From Mobula hypostoma (taxonomy: Eukaryota), in assembly GCF_963921235.1 (NCBI RefSeq), contig NC_086108.1, forward strand, positions 50,036,001 through 50,100,000: a DNA stretch of 64,000 nt, in the 5' to 3' direction. The position numbers and the translations under genes are program-made. Numbering within the stretch: position 1 is the stretch's first letter; each line of letters opens with the position of its first letter. Shown here in pieces: positions 11,823 to 24,808 of the stretch. Under the pieces are notes generated by a model. The model was given only the letters and a program-made list of their open reading frames with translations, ran no database searches and was not told where the DNA came from.

Positions 11823-14800
11823 ATGCCTACACCGAAGAAGTTTAGATCCTCTCTTCGGGAGTTCAGTTAAACCATCTCTCACTGCTCCCCATCTGTAATT
11901 TCTTCGGCTCTTCAACTTTTCGATCACATTTTGACTCAGACTCGCTATCACAGCCATATTTCCTTTCTTGGAACGTGCCTCTGTCACCGACTTACTCCAG
12001 TTGGCTTTAGGATTCGTTTCCGAGCCTCTCAATTTGAACCTTCTGAGGATCCCAGGTACTCACATTTTATTGACTCTGCCTCTCACCGCTTCTCCCGTCA
12101 AGCTCTGAAGGCGACTCTCTCCGCCATGAGGAGGTACTTGGTGTCCCTATCCTAGACCCTTCCACACCTTCGGGACACTTGCTTCGCCGTCTGTAATGGT
12201 CCTACCCGTTATTTCATCCTCCGTTTTTTTGACTTTGTCATGTTAGGCAAAGATCGCAAGATCCTACATCTACAGGCTCCAGAGCCTGCTGGCCATGAAA
12301 CTAGCAGGCATGAACTTCAGATTGTGGCCCCTGCCATTGATCTCACCGGCTTCAACACCTCAGGGCATATTCAAAACCCGGACGCCAGCAACGACCATGG
12401 ACACCTTCAAAGCGATTGCGCAACCACCAACTGCGACTCCAGCCTTGAACTCGAGGCCGGGTTTTTATGTGCTGCTGTTGTGACTCCCGTCTCCCCTTCC
12501 CCCACCACCACTCTGCAATCCCATCTCCTTCAGATCCCATCGTCAACTCCTGGGTCCTCAGAGGCTCCATCTTCCTCTCACCCCAACCCTCCCCTCTCCA
12601 TTGACACCCCCCGCCTCCCCCCTCCCCCCTCTGATCCCAGCTCTCATCCGTGCCGGGTCTTTGCCATCCCCTCCGACCTTCAACTGTCGGAGGCAGAACG
12701 CTCTGTCCTCAGTAAGGGCCTCACCTTTGTCCCCCTTTGCCCACACCTCAGTGAGTTCTGTGTTCGCTGTGATGCGGTACTCTTCTTCCGCCGTCTCCGA
12801 GCCTACTTCTTCGGCAAGGACTCTTCCACCCCCACTGATGACCCCTTCGCCTGTCTTCAACCCTCCTCTTCTTCATGGACACCCCGCTCTGGTCTTCTGC
12901 CTGCTCTGGATCTCTTTATCGCTAACTGCCGACGGGACATCAACCGTCTCGACTTCACCGCACCTTGTTCCCATTCCAACCTCACTCCTTCGGAACGCTC
13001 TGCTCTCCACTCCCTCCGCACTAATCTTAACCTTATTATTAAACCCGCCGATAAGGGGGGTGCTGTTGTAGTGTGGCGTACTGACCTCTACCTTGCCGAG
13101 GCACAGCGACAACTCGCGGATACCTCCTCTTATTTACCCCTCGATCGTGACCCCACTAAGGAGCACCAGGCCATTGTCTCCCACACCATCACCGACTTTA
13201 TCCGCTCAGGGGATCTCCCATCCACTGCTACCAATCTTATAGTTCCCACACCTCGTACTTCCCGTTTCTACCTCCTACCCAAGATCTACAAACCTGCTTG
13301 TCCTGGCAGACCTATTGTCTCAGCTTGCTCCTGCCCCACCGAACTCATTTCTGCATACCTCGACACGGTTTTATCCCCCCTTGTTCAATCCCTTCCTACC
13401 TATGTTCGTGACACTTCTCACGCTCTTAAACTTTTTGATGATTTTAAGTTCCCTGGCCCCCACCGCTTTATTTTCACCATGAATGTCCAGTCCCTATATA
13501 CTTCCATCCCCCATCAGGAAGGTCTCAAAGCTCTCTGCTTCTTTTTGGATTACAGACCTAATCGGTTCCCCTCTACCACCACTCTGCTCCGTCTAGCGGA
13601 ATTAGTCCTTACTCTTAATAATTTCTCTTTTGGCTCTTCCCACTTCCTCCAAACTAAAGGTGTAGCTGTGGGCACCCATATGGGTCCTAGCTATACCTGC
13701 CTTTTTGTTGGCTTTGTGGAACAATCTATGTTCCGTGCCTATTCTGGTATCTGTCCCCCACTTTTCTTTCGCTACATCGACGACTGCATTGGCGCTGCTT
13801 CCTGCACGCATGCTGAGCTCGTTGACTTTATTAACTTTGCTTCCAACTTTCACTCTGCCCTCAAGTTTACCTGGTCCATTTCCGACACGGCCCTCCCCTT
13901 TCTAGATCTTTCTGTCTCTATCTCTGGAGACAACTTATCCACTGATGTCTACTATAAGCCTACAGACTCTCCCAGCTATCTGGACTATTCCTCTTCTCAC
14001 CCTGTCTCTTGCAAAAATGCCATCCCCTTCTCGCAATTCCTCCGTCTCCGCCGCATCTGCTCTCAGGATGAGGCTTTTCATTCCAGGACGAGGGAGATGT
14101 CTTCCTTTTTTAAAGAAAGGGGCTTCCCTTCCTCCACTATCAGCTCTGCTCTCAAACGCATCTCTCCCATTTCACGCACATCTGCTCTCACTCCATCCTC
14201 CCGCCACCCCACTAGGAATAGGGTTCCTCTGGTCCTCACCTACCACCCCATCAGCCTCCGGGTCCAACATATTATTCTCCGTAACTTCCGCCACCTCCAA
14301 CGGGATCCCACCACTAAGCACACCTTTCCCTCCTCCCCCTTCTGCTTTCCGCAGGATTCGCTCCCTACGCGACTCCTTGTCCATTCGTCCCCCCCATCCC
14401 TCCCCGCTGATCTCCCTCCTGGCAGTTATCCTTGTAAGTGGAACAAGTGCTACACATGCCCTTACACTTTCTCCCTTACCACCATTCAGGGCCGCAGACA
14501 GTCCTTCTAGGTGAGGCAACACTTTACCTGTGAGTCGGCTGGGGTGATATACTGCGTCCGGTGCTCCCGATGTGGCCTTCTATATATTGGCGAGACCCGA
14601 CGCAGACTGGGAGACAGCTTTGCTGGACACCTGTGCTCTGTCCGCCAGAGAAAGCAGAATCTCCCAGTGGCCACACATTTTAATTCCACATCCCATTCCC
14701 ATTCTGACATGTCTATCCACGGCCTCCTCTACTGTAAAGATGAAGCCACACTCAGGTTGGAGGAACAACACCTTATATTCCGTCTGGGTAGCCTCCAACC

Positions 14801-14837
14801 TGATGGCATGAACATCGACTTCTCTAACTTCCGCTAA
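11823..14837 (+). pseudogene. Penelope-like RT / Cys-rich linker / GIY-YIG endonuclease ORF, disabled
   Basis: One frame from ATG 11823 with stops at 11868, 12153 and 14508; motifs KPADKGGAVV, FYLLPKIYK, PGRPIVS, RYIDD (13770-13784), CKWNKCYTC, VIYCVRCSRCGLLYIGET. Confidence 0.9.
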
Positions 14838-15130
14838 TGCCCCACCTCCCCCTCGTACCCCATCCGTTAGTTATTTTAATACACACATTCTTTCTCTCAC
14901 TCTCCTTTTTCTCCCTCTGTCCCTCTCACTATACCCCTTGCCCATCCTCTGGTTCCCCCCCTCCACCTTGTCTTTCTCCCCGGACCTCCTGTCCCATGAT
15001 CCTCTCATATCCCTTTTGCCAATCACCTGTCCAGCTCTTGGCTCCATCCCTCCCGCTCCTGTCTTTCCTTCATTTTGGATCTCCCCCTCCCCCTCCCACT
15101 TTCAGATCTCTTACTAACTCTTCCTTCAGT

Positions 15131-15168
15131 TAGTCCTGACGAAGGGTCTCGGCCTGAAATGTCGACTG
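15131..15168 (+). ncRNA. Minimal hammerhead ribozyme motif in the 3' pLTR
   Basis: TAGTC-CTGACGA-AGGGTCTCGGCCT-GAAATGTC-GACTG; one C>T change in stem III relative to the 11649 copy. Confidence 0.68.
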
Positions 15169-15704
15169 TACCTCTTCCTAGAGATGCTGCCTGGCCTGCT
15201 GCGTTCACCAGCAACTTCGATGTGTGTTGCTTGAATTTCCAGCATCTGCAGTATTCCTGTTGCTTACCACCTGCTGGTGATCTGACAGGAAGTCCATGAT
15301 CCAGCTGCACAGGGCTGTATGTACTTTAATAGTAAATTTACTTCGAACTTTAAACTTTGAACATAGTTTCAAGATAAAACCGAGGGATTTTGTATCAGCA
15401 GAAATGGTAAATCTTTGGAACTCTGAATCTTGGAGGGTTTGGTTGCTAGATCACTGAAGGTACTTAATTGGTTATGGTTGTGTTCAATGATAACGGGAAA
15501 TCTGTGTGGGAGAGTTTTTAAAGTGGAAAAGTCATTGCACTGCGGTAGTTCAACTCAGAAGTTCAGGTCTACTGATAAATTGGTGGAAAGATAAAGTTGA
15601 AGGCTATATGGAACTCACATAGAGCAGATCAGCCATGAGGACTGCTCACATTGTGTTTTTCAAATCCTTTGTCTCTGTGGGATACTTACTATAGGAACTG
15701 TGTA

Positions 15705-16505
15705 CATACATCTACTGATGCTTCTGGACACATCTTCAGTGATGTTCCTGGAATCATCGGATGTTTCGGGTCTTTCAACATCATACACCCTCTTCCAGGT
15801 GACCCAGCCGGGGCTGATCAGACCCCAGCTTGTGTCCAGATGGCTAGCTACTTATGTCTCTATGGCTCCCCTCTTTTGAGCCACAGCCATCTTGAGGCCC
15901 TCTCTGCTGCATCGGTGGTACTGCGGATGGCTCTCCTCCTCCTCTCTTCCTCGACGCCCAAATTGCTGAAGGCTGTAACTAAGGAATGGGCTGCGAATCC
16001 CCTACAACCAACCTCCACTGGGAGATACCTCGCTCTCCATCCAGCCTGCTGACAGTTGCTGACCAGTCCTGCGTACTTGGAGAGCTTCCTTTCAAAGGCC
16101 TCCTCCAAGCGATCTTCCCATGGGACTGTCAGCTCCAGCAGCACCACTTGCTTAGTAGACTCAGACACTAGGACAATGTCTGGTCGCAGGATGGTGGCTA
16201 CGATATGGTTGGGGAACCTCAGCTGCCGTTCGAGGTCCACCAACAGCTGCCAGTCCCTTGTAGAGGTCAGGATGCCTGCAGATGTTCTTTTGGCAGGTAT
16301 TGGCTGCTCCCCAGCTCTGACAAAGGCAATGGTCTGCTTGGAGGGTCAGGATCACTTCGCCCACTCAACTCCTGCGCTGATGGCTTCAGCGATGGTCTTC
16401 AGGACTTGATCATGCCTCCACCTGTACCGTCCCTCACCAAGTGCCCTTGCGCAGCTGCTGAGGATGTGCTCCAGGCTTCCTCGCTTGGAGCACAGTGGGC
16501 ACGCA
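15705..16505 (-). mobile_element. 3' fragment of a Hero-like non-LTR retrotransposon with restriction-like endonuclease
   Basis: CPLC..EHILSSC zinc knuckle, RYRWRHDQVL, RPDIVL..LLELTVPWE..ERKLSKY (PD-(D/E)xK-type), VEVGCRGF. The clade call is less certain than the class. Confidence 0.82.
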
Positions 16506-18375
16506 GAAGAGGTTGGCAGAAAAAGTCTGGTCTTTTCATGCATTTTATCACCTTACTTTGCTTTGCCCATGAGAGCTTTTCACTTGGATGTTAAGAGTTA
16601 CATGAATGATTAGCTTGCCTTTGCTCATTTATGTATAAGCTTAAAGGGCAGAACTCACACTTACTTTCAGTGACCCTGGACTGAGAATTTGCGGCTAGCA
16701 TTTAAGTTGTAAACATTGTTGCCCTCTGAGATTACACAAAGCAAGCAGGTCAGTTTTAAACAGAATTTCAGTTTATTAGTCAACAAAGTATGAAGAGAAT
16801 GTCCTGAAAATAAAACAGTGATTTGTCTAAGTTACTGTGAGTGTTGCTGCTGATTTTTAGGTGACTAGCTATATATCAATAAACCAAATATTTTAGTAAG
16901 AACAAACTAACACAGTTTTGTGTTAATGATTATCAAAGCTCTAATGTTAAACTAAACAGTTTCAGTAGCAAGTGGAAGGTTTCATTGCTTCTTGTTGCAT
17001 TTGATGAACTCCGGAAGAAAGGAACAGCTTGCCATTTTTTTTTGATTAGGCAGCTTGTAATTTACAGAGTTCATGTAGAAGGTGAATGAAATGAATACAA
17101 AATCAGTTTTCAAAGAGCAGTACTATGGGACTTGTAAGTCACTTGCTCTCAACTCAATTATTGTTTCCATGATCTTGCATTGGTAAAGTAGTTTTGATCA
17201 AGTTTGCATTTAATTATTTATATATCTTGGTGGTGCATATGAACTTAAATTTATAATTGCATGCACCAGAAAGAAATATTTTTATGAATCCAGTTTACCT
17301 GAATCCAGTTTTTTCTTCAGAAACTTTTTTTGGTCTTGATTAATCAGTCATATTCCAGCTTTCACCAGCTTTATTTTAATTTCGTGTTGGATTAAATACA
17401 ATTTATTTTGAGGGTATGATTGCCAAAAGTATGGTTACCTGATTTGTATCAGTGACATTCACCTAGACTGTAGAGTCATGAGTTTGAATCCTAACACAAA
17501 CTTGGAAATTTAAATGCAAATAATGAAATAAATTTGGAATTAAAAACTAACAGTATCAGTAAAAATTACTGTAACAAGTATTGGATTGTTGCAAGACAAT
17601 CCCCTAAGGATCCTAACCTTTATATGATTGTTTTAACTGCTCTCTGAAACGGCCTCTTAATTCATTTAGTACAAGGACAATTGGGGATGTGTATCATATG
17701 CCTAAATCTTGTAAATGATTTTTTTTCAAAAAAAAAACAATGTGGCTTGTGGGAAGGCTCAATATATTTCCATTTGTCCTGATTCAAATCATGTGAATAA
17801 TGAATTGAGTACTGATTTGGACTGATTGTCTATTTTTCATTTACTTTCATTGTGATAGTAAGTATTATTTTATATATTGTGTTGTATGAATAAAGGGTGT
17901 AATTTATGATATCTTTAATGTTAAAATAAAATATTGAGGATTAAAAAGGAATATAGAAGCTGATTATGTAAAATTAGGAAATGGTTTGCATTATATTCCT
18001 TGACATCACCAATAGCTGTAACTCAAGGCCATTCAGGCCTCTTCATTTCATCTCAACTGCATTCCAATAGTTATTTTCCTCCATTATTCTATGTCGGCGT
18101 ATTGAGAAACAGTGAAGGTTTTTATAAAGGTACCAGAGAACTAGCAAGTTTTTTTTTTAAATTAGCTGAGTCTGAGATTTTTAATATTGTTTTGGCTTTA
18201 TGTATATCAATGGGTTTTGGATCTAAATAATATGCAAATGAACTTTATAAAATGCAACCTTATTGAAAAGTTTTGAGGTTTTGTTTGAAGTTCTTTTTTC
18301 AAAAGATGTACTTGGGTATGCTAGAGTAATATACTCAAGCTTGACTTGTAGTAATAGTTCTGTTATTCACTGTAG

Positions 18376-18508
18376 CTGGAACCATGCCTTCAAAAATCAG
18401 ATTACAACACTACAGGGTCAGGCCAAGAACCGAGCCAATCCTAACCGCAGTGAGGTACAGGCCAACCTTTCACTCTTCTTAGAGGCAGCTAGTGGCTTTT
18501 ACACACAG
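18376..18508 (+). CDS. SMG7: SMG7 coding exon 4 (133 nt): WNHAFKNQITTLQGQAKNRANPNRSEVQANLSLFLEAASGFYTQ
   Basis: tgtag acceptor, gtgagt donor, SMG7 peptide. Confidence 0.97.
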
Positions 18509-18666
18509 GTGAGTTCACAAAATGTTGAAAATTTATTCAGATATTTAGTCCTTCATAGTAGCCCAAGTTAGTTAATAAAACCAAATTTGAGTTGGTCTGT
18601 GTAACATTCTAAAAAGACATCTTTTAAGTGTGATTTGGGAATTTATTTTTTTTTGTTTCATTATAG

Positions 18667-18838
18667 CTGCTGCAAGAGTTGTGCACAGTGTTCAATGTGG
18701 ACCTCCCTTGCCGTGTTAAATCTTCACAGCTTGGAATCATCAGCAATAAACAATGCAGCACAAGTGGAATTGTGAAACCCCAACCCAGCTCTTGCTCATA
18801 TATCTGCCAGCACTGCCTTGTACATCTTGGAGACATAG
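18667..18838 (+). CDS. SMG7: SMG7 coding exon 5 (172 nt): LLQELCTVFNVDLPCRVKSSQLGIISNK...CQHCLVHLGDI
   Basis: tatag acceptor, gtatgt donor; EST1/14-3-3-like domain motif LGDI(ARY). Confidence 0.97.
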
Positions 18839-19457
18839 GTATGTCACCTAGAGAAATGCTTGTTTAAGAGTTCTTTGATAATGTTGACACTTTATACAAA
18901 CCTAACTCCATTCTAAATTTATGACCAGAAAAATCAAAATAGTATTTTTAGCACAGTGCAGTTCTCTGCCAGGCTCTAGTTTAATGTAAAAGCAATGTTA
19001 TCATCACAGTGGTGAAGTTTTGTTTCTTCTTGTGCATAACCACTTCCCTGTGTTTGAGTTGGGAACATAGACAGATTTTCTGGAGCTAATTTTAGTACTT
19101 CTGTGTGTTTAGCAGACAAACCTTTGAGTTTGCTGATGTTGCTAATATCACTCTTCCTTGATACCAAAGCCCTTCTTTTGGGAGATCAGCCAACTTGTGG
19201 CCATTCCAGGGCATACAGCAGAGGTTGTGTGAATATCAACTGATGCTGTAAGCTGACTGCTGGGGTATCACTGAGGAAACTGGTAAATTATGTTTAGCAT
19301 CTGCTTATTTGCACAGAGTTTTGAAAGATTAGTAACGTATCAAAAAAGAAAGATATTGCTTTCATTAAAATATATTGACTTTCCTTACTGACATACCTTG
19401 AGGATTTGCTTTTAAAAGCAGGCTGGATTTAAATAATGGTGAGGCTTGTTGGTGTTT

Positions 19458-20585
19458 ATAGAAACATAGAAACATAGAAAATAGGTGCAGGAGTAGGCCA
19501 TTCGGCCCTTCGAGCCTGCACCGCCATTTATTATGATCATGGCTGATCATCCAACTCAGAACCCCGCCCCAGCCTTCCCTCCATACCCCCTGACCCCTGT
19601 AGCCACAAGGGCCATATCTAACTCCCTCTTAAACATAGCCAATGAACTGGCCTCAACAGTTTGCTGTGGCAGAGAATTCCACAGATTCACCACTCTCTGT
19701 GTGAAGAAGTTTTTCCTAATCTCGGTCCTAAAAGGCTTCCCCTCTATCCTCAAACTGTGACCCCTCGTTCTGGACTTCCCCAACATCGGGAACAATCTTC
19801 CCGCATCTAGCCTGTCCAATCCCTTTAGGATCTTGTACGTTTCAATCAGATCCCCCCTCAATCTTCTAAATTCCAACGAGTACAAGCCCAGTTCATCCAG
19901 TCTTTCTTCATATGAAAGTCCTGCCATCCCAGGAATCAATCTGGTGAACCTTCTTTGTACTCCCTCTATGACAAAGATGTCTTTCCTCAGATTAGGGGAC
20001 CAAAACTGCACACAATACTCCAGGTGTGGTCTCACCAAGGCCTTGTACAACTGCAGTAGTACCTCCCTGCTCCTGTACTCGAATCCTCTCGCTATAAATG
20101 CCAGCATACCATTCGCCTTTTTCACTGCCTGCTGTACCTGCATGCCCACTTTCAATGACTGGTGTATAATGACACCCAGGTCTCGTTGCACCTCCCCTTT
20201 TCCTAATCGGCCACCATTCAGATAATAATCTGTTTTCCTATTTTTGCCACCAAAGTGGATAACTTCACATTTATCCACATTAAATTGCATCTGCCATGAG
20301 TTTGCCCACTCACCCAACCTATCCAAGTCACCCTGCATCCTCTTAGCATCCTCCTCACTGCTAACACTTCCACCCAGCTTCGTGTCATCCGCAAACTTGG
20401 AGATGCTGCATTTAATTCCCTCATCCAAGTCATTAATATATATTGTAAACAACTGGGGTCCCAGCACTGAGCATTGCGGTACCCCACTAGTCACCGCCTG
20501 CCATTCTGAAAAGGTCCCGTTTATTTCCACTCTTTGCTTCCTGTCTGCTAACCAATTCTCCACCCACACCAATACCTTACCCCCA
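19458..20585 (-). mobile_element. Young 5'-truncated CR1 LINE
   Basis: Uninterrupted 345-aa ORF (SGVPQCSVLGP, KFADDTKL, LVRPHLEYCVQFWSP); (GAAACATA)n tail at 19458-19482. Confidence 0.92.
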
Positions 20586-21900
20586 TGTGGCAATGGAAGA
20601 ACAGTTTCATGAACGAGTTGGATGTGCAGTTAAACTCAGATATTTACAACCTGCTGTTGCGCTGCCTTGATCTAGTATTACCTATGTGAAAGTTTATTTT
20701 GCTGTTTTGTCACTTTTTTAAAAGTTAGGGAACATAAATATACTATATTTAGTTGGCAAATATAAACCAAATTTGCCAAGGATGCCACTGCAGTCTAAAT
20801 ACACTGCGAAAGCTATGTATTGTCAGTCTACCTTCCAACATTGAAGCTGAAGAACTTTAAGTGTGGGGGCTTATTCCACATTTTAATTACCATTTGTTTG
20901 GTCTTCATCCAATCTTTTTCTTAATCTTTGAGGAAATCTAGTACTCTTAAGTAATATATTTATTTTGAACTAAATATTTAGATCAAAACTGAATGATCAT
21001 TTACAATTATGATGGTAGCATATGAAACATCTTTCTTTTTCTACAGTAATCTGCTTGACAAAGCACTCATAATTCTGTTGTTAATTGGTTCTGTGTGATT
21101 CTGTAGAACAGTAGATAGTTACTGAGTAATAAATTTAATGTTAGCCTGCGGTTTAAGTTAAGTTAAGATGCTGTATACTAAGAATGGCCTAAGTGGTCAT
21201 GCTGTTCCTTGCTGAGTACACTTAGCCCATTCTTACATCTCATCAAACAACTCCATACTCTCTGGATGCCATGTTGTCCAAGCTAGAGGTGAAACCTGTC
21301 AAGAGCTTTCTCGGTGTACAGCCTGGCTGAGATTTACTTTATCCTGGATTTGGATAACTGAAGAGAACAGTACAATTTTTCTTTTGTACCAGCATTCCTC
21401 TTAGGTTTCAAACTTTCTTGATTTTAGAGATTATAATTTGTACCTGGAAAAAAAAAATCCATTTTTTTCTGAATAGCTACTGAAGTTACATGTGGGCTTT
21501 ATAGGTGTGCTAAAGAAGAGGGTGGTATTGAAACAACCAGGGAGATTAATGATATTGGAATAAATGTGCTTATCATCATGTTTGAAGAAAACCTTGTTAC
21601 AGATTTCCTCTAATATCTTTAGTTAGAAATAGTTCATTCTGTCTAATCAACTGGCTCATGATCTCTTCATTCTAGTGCAATAATTAGCATAATCCTTTGA
21701 TTTATTTGAGTTTATCATGAAATAAATTTGACAGTGAGTAAGTAAAACAATAACATTTCTGTGAGTGACAGGGCTCCAATTCTTGAGTGGAAAATATATG
21801 AATGGAAAGAAAATAAGCAAGAAACTCAGTTGGGGTGAGGCATATTTGATTGAACGTTAAAGATGTCTACCTCTGATATATCCACACCTTTACTCCACAG

Positions 21901-21972
21901 CTCGATACAGGAATCAGACTAGTCAGGCTGAGTCTTACTACAGACATGCAGCTCAACTTGTTCCTTCAAATG
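21901..21972 (+). CDS. SMG7: SMG7 coding exon 6 (72 nt): ARYRNQTSQAESYYRHAAQLVPSN
   Basis: cacag acceptor, gtaagg donor, SMG7 peptide. Confidence 0.97.
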
Positions 21973-22029
21973 GTAAGGTGCACTTCTTTTTAAATACTGA
22001 TCAGTAACTTGTTTATATTCTGGAACCAA

Positions 22030-24210
22030 AAAATACCAGGCCAGTGAGCCTTGGAACAGTGGCAGAAAAGCTATTGGAGAGAATTCTTGGGGATACAATT
22101 TGTTCTCGTTTGGAAAAACATGGGTTTATCAGAGATGGTCAGCATGAGAGGTGACCTCATTTAAAACCTATCAAATGTTGAAAGTCCACAATAGAGTGAG
22201 GATGCTTCCTATGGTGGGGGAGTCTAATACCAGAGGGCACATTCTCAGATTAAGGGGTGTCCTTTTAGAATAGAGATGAGGAGGAGTTTCTTTAGCCAGA
22301 GAGGGGTGAATCTGTGGTATTCACTGACACAGGTGGCTGTGGGGGCCAAGTCATTGGGTAAATTTATGGCCGATGTTGATAAATTCTTGATTAGTCAAAG
22401 CTTGAAGGGATACATGGAGAAGGCTCAGAGGGAAAATGAATCAGCCATGATGATATCTTGGAGCAGACTCAATGGGCCAAATGGCCTAATTCTGCTCCTA
22501 TATTTTATGGTCTTGTGGGCTTTGTATAGTGCAGGTCACATCTTAGAAATTTGATTTAGTTTTTGAAGAGGTGACCAATCTGATTGAAGGTAGGACAGTA
22601 AAAGGTTTCTATATGTAGCTCAGTAAGGTATTTGACAAGGTCCCTCATATTGGAATCCACTTGATAGATTCAATTCAAACTCGGCTTAGCCATAGAAGAC
22701 AGAGGATAGAAGTGGAAATGTGCTTTTCTGACTGGAGGCCTGTGACTGTGGTGTTTTGCAAGAATCTGAGTTAGAACCTCTGTTTGTGAGATAGATAAAT
22801 AATATCCAGATGGGCAAAATATGAATGATATATAGATCTAAGTTTACAGATGAAACAAAAATGATCAGAGTTCTAGATAGTGAGAAAGGTTGTCAAAGCA
22901 TTCACCAGGAAATAGATCAGTTGGAAATGAGGACAGAGAGAAAAGTATATACTTAATGGCAAGATCCTTCAAAGCATTAATGTAGAGGAATCATGGGATT
23001 TGAGTTCATAGCTTCCTGAGAGTGGCAACACAAGTAGAAAAGGTGGTAAAGGCATACAGCATGCTTGCCTTCATTGGTTGAGATGGTGAGTATAAAGATC
23101 AAAGAAATCATGTGGCAGCTGTATGAAGTTTGTTTCAGCCACATTTAGAGTTCTGTGAACACACACAAAATGCTGGAGGAACTCAGCAAGCCAGCCAGCA
23201 TCTATGGGAAGAAGTACAGTTGATGTTTCGGCTGTGACCGTTGGCAGGTACTGTGTGCAGTTACAATAACTGCATTAAAGGAAGTTTGTGGGAGCTTTGG
23301 AGAGGGAACAGAAGAGGCTCACCAGGATGTTGTCTGGATAGAAGGTATTAGCTGTTAAAAGAAGTTGGACCAGCCTCTTACAGTTTCTAACTAGACTGCA
23401 TGAACATAAATTTCTCTAACTTTTGGTCATCATTCCCCTCTCTTCTTTATTTTTCCCTTGACGCCCCTTCATCCTATTTCTTTCCCCTTCCCCATTCTCT
23501 CCTTCTGCCTACCAACCATACATTCCTCCCATTGTTTCTCTCTTTACCCCCTTCCCTTATTTCGAGGTCTGCCGTCCTCTCTTATCAGATCCCACCACAT
23601 TGAGCCCTTTTTCACTTCCACCTAGCAGCTTCTTGCATCATTCTCACACTCCCCCTATGTCACCTGCTTTTCACCCCCAACCCCCTCACCTGGATTCACC
23701 CCTTCACACTATCTTATAATACTGGTCATCTCCCCTCTTTCTTTCCTGTCCTAATAAAGCATCTTCAACCGAGATGTCAACTGTCCATTTGCCTCCATAG
23801 ATGCTACCTGACCCACTGAATTCCTCTAGATTTTCAGCATCTGCAGTCTGTTGTGTCTCCTTGTTTTCTGTAGAGCCTACGAGGTTTAGTGGTGATGTGA
23901 TAAAAATATATAGAGGCATAGATTGTGGGAAAACTAATGTCTACCCAATGTCAGATACTAGTGGGTATAACTTTAAGATAAAGGGGAAAATTTAAATGAA
24001 ATTTGAGTCAAGATTTCTTATTCAGTATTGAATGCCTGGAATATACTGTCAGTGGAAGTGGTGAAAGTGGATATGATAGCAATATTTAAGAGACATAGAA
24101 GGGCACACAAATGGGTAGGGAATGGAGGAATATCACATGTACAGGCTGACGGGATGAGTGTAAATTGGCATCCTAGGCTGAAGGGCCTGTTACTCTGCTA
24201 GACTGTGTTC
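22030..24210 (+). mobile_element. Old CR1 LINE with a nested CR1 3' end (about 22148-22517) and Penelope fragments (about 23158-23248 minus; 23380-23865 plus)
   Basis: CR1-like sequence resumes after each insert (CAGCATG|...|GCTTTGT; GAGTTCTGTG|...|TGTGCAGTT); inserts resemble the CR1 3' end and the pLTR at 14800-15262. Confidence 0.7.
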
Positions 24211-24715
24211 AGTAATCATGATGCAGATTATCATTGGGGGAAACGACAGAGCTGTCTTGTGGACATATGCATTGGATTTAAGGAGTTACTGTAGCAATTT
24301 AGTTCAACATATATTTACTACTAATTTAGTGTTCCAATTCAAATTTGCCCACTGTGTGCTACAAAAGCAGTAATTCTTGGATTAAGGATCTGGCCATTTT
24401 CTTCCACCTTTTTGATGTGAGCAGTCTATGAGGTGTGGAACTTTTTGACACCTTCTGTGATGCAGCATCTTGCTTGGGCTCAGGGTAGAGATCAGTGATT
24501 AAGACAATCAAAAGATTTTGGCTTTTCCAATTCCATTATTAGTTTTAATTGTTTATTGTCTTTAGTACTGTAATCTTCATGTTACAGTGCTTTTACCATG
24601 CCTATTCTTTGGGTGATCCATTTTCAGCCATTGGTTAATTGGATATGTACTGTATGCATTGTTATAATTTGTGCAACTAGGGTTACTTCCCAGATTCAGG
24701 CATTACCTATAATAA

Positions 24716-24808
24716 GCAACACACACAAAATGCTGGAGGAACTCAGCAGGCAGGCATTTTGTGTGTGTTGCTTGGATTTCCAGCATCTGCAGAGTTTCTC
24801 TTGTTTGT
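24716..24808. mobile_element. Short Penelope pLTR remnant (inverted + direct piece)
   Basis: AGCAACACACACAAAATGC pairs with GCATTTTGTGTGTGTTGCT, followed by GGATTTCCAGCATCTGCAG as in the pLTR end. Confidence 0.7.

Larger units (their letters stand above)
11416..15262 (+). mobile_element. Near full-length Penelope-like retroelement (Neptune-type): inverted partial pLTR, direct pLTR, RT/GIY-YIG ORF, 3' pLTR
   Basis: Inverted repeat 11416-11599; direct repeats about 11597-11780 and 15080-15262; TSD CTTACCACCTGCT at 11403-11415 and 15263-15275; PLE RT and GIY-YIG motifs. Confidence 0.95.

Noticed and set aside
15720..15830. GAAAC and CTGAAGA motifs in the Hero-like 3' UTR as a possible hammerhead
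   Set aside because: I could not build consistent stems I and III.
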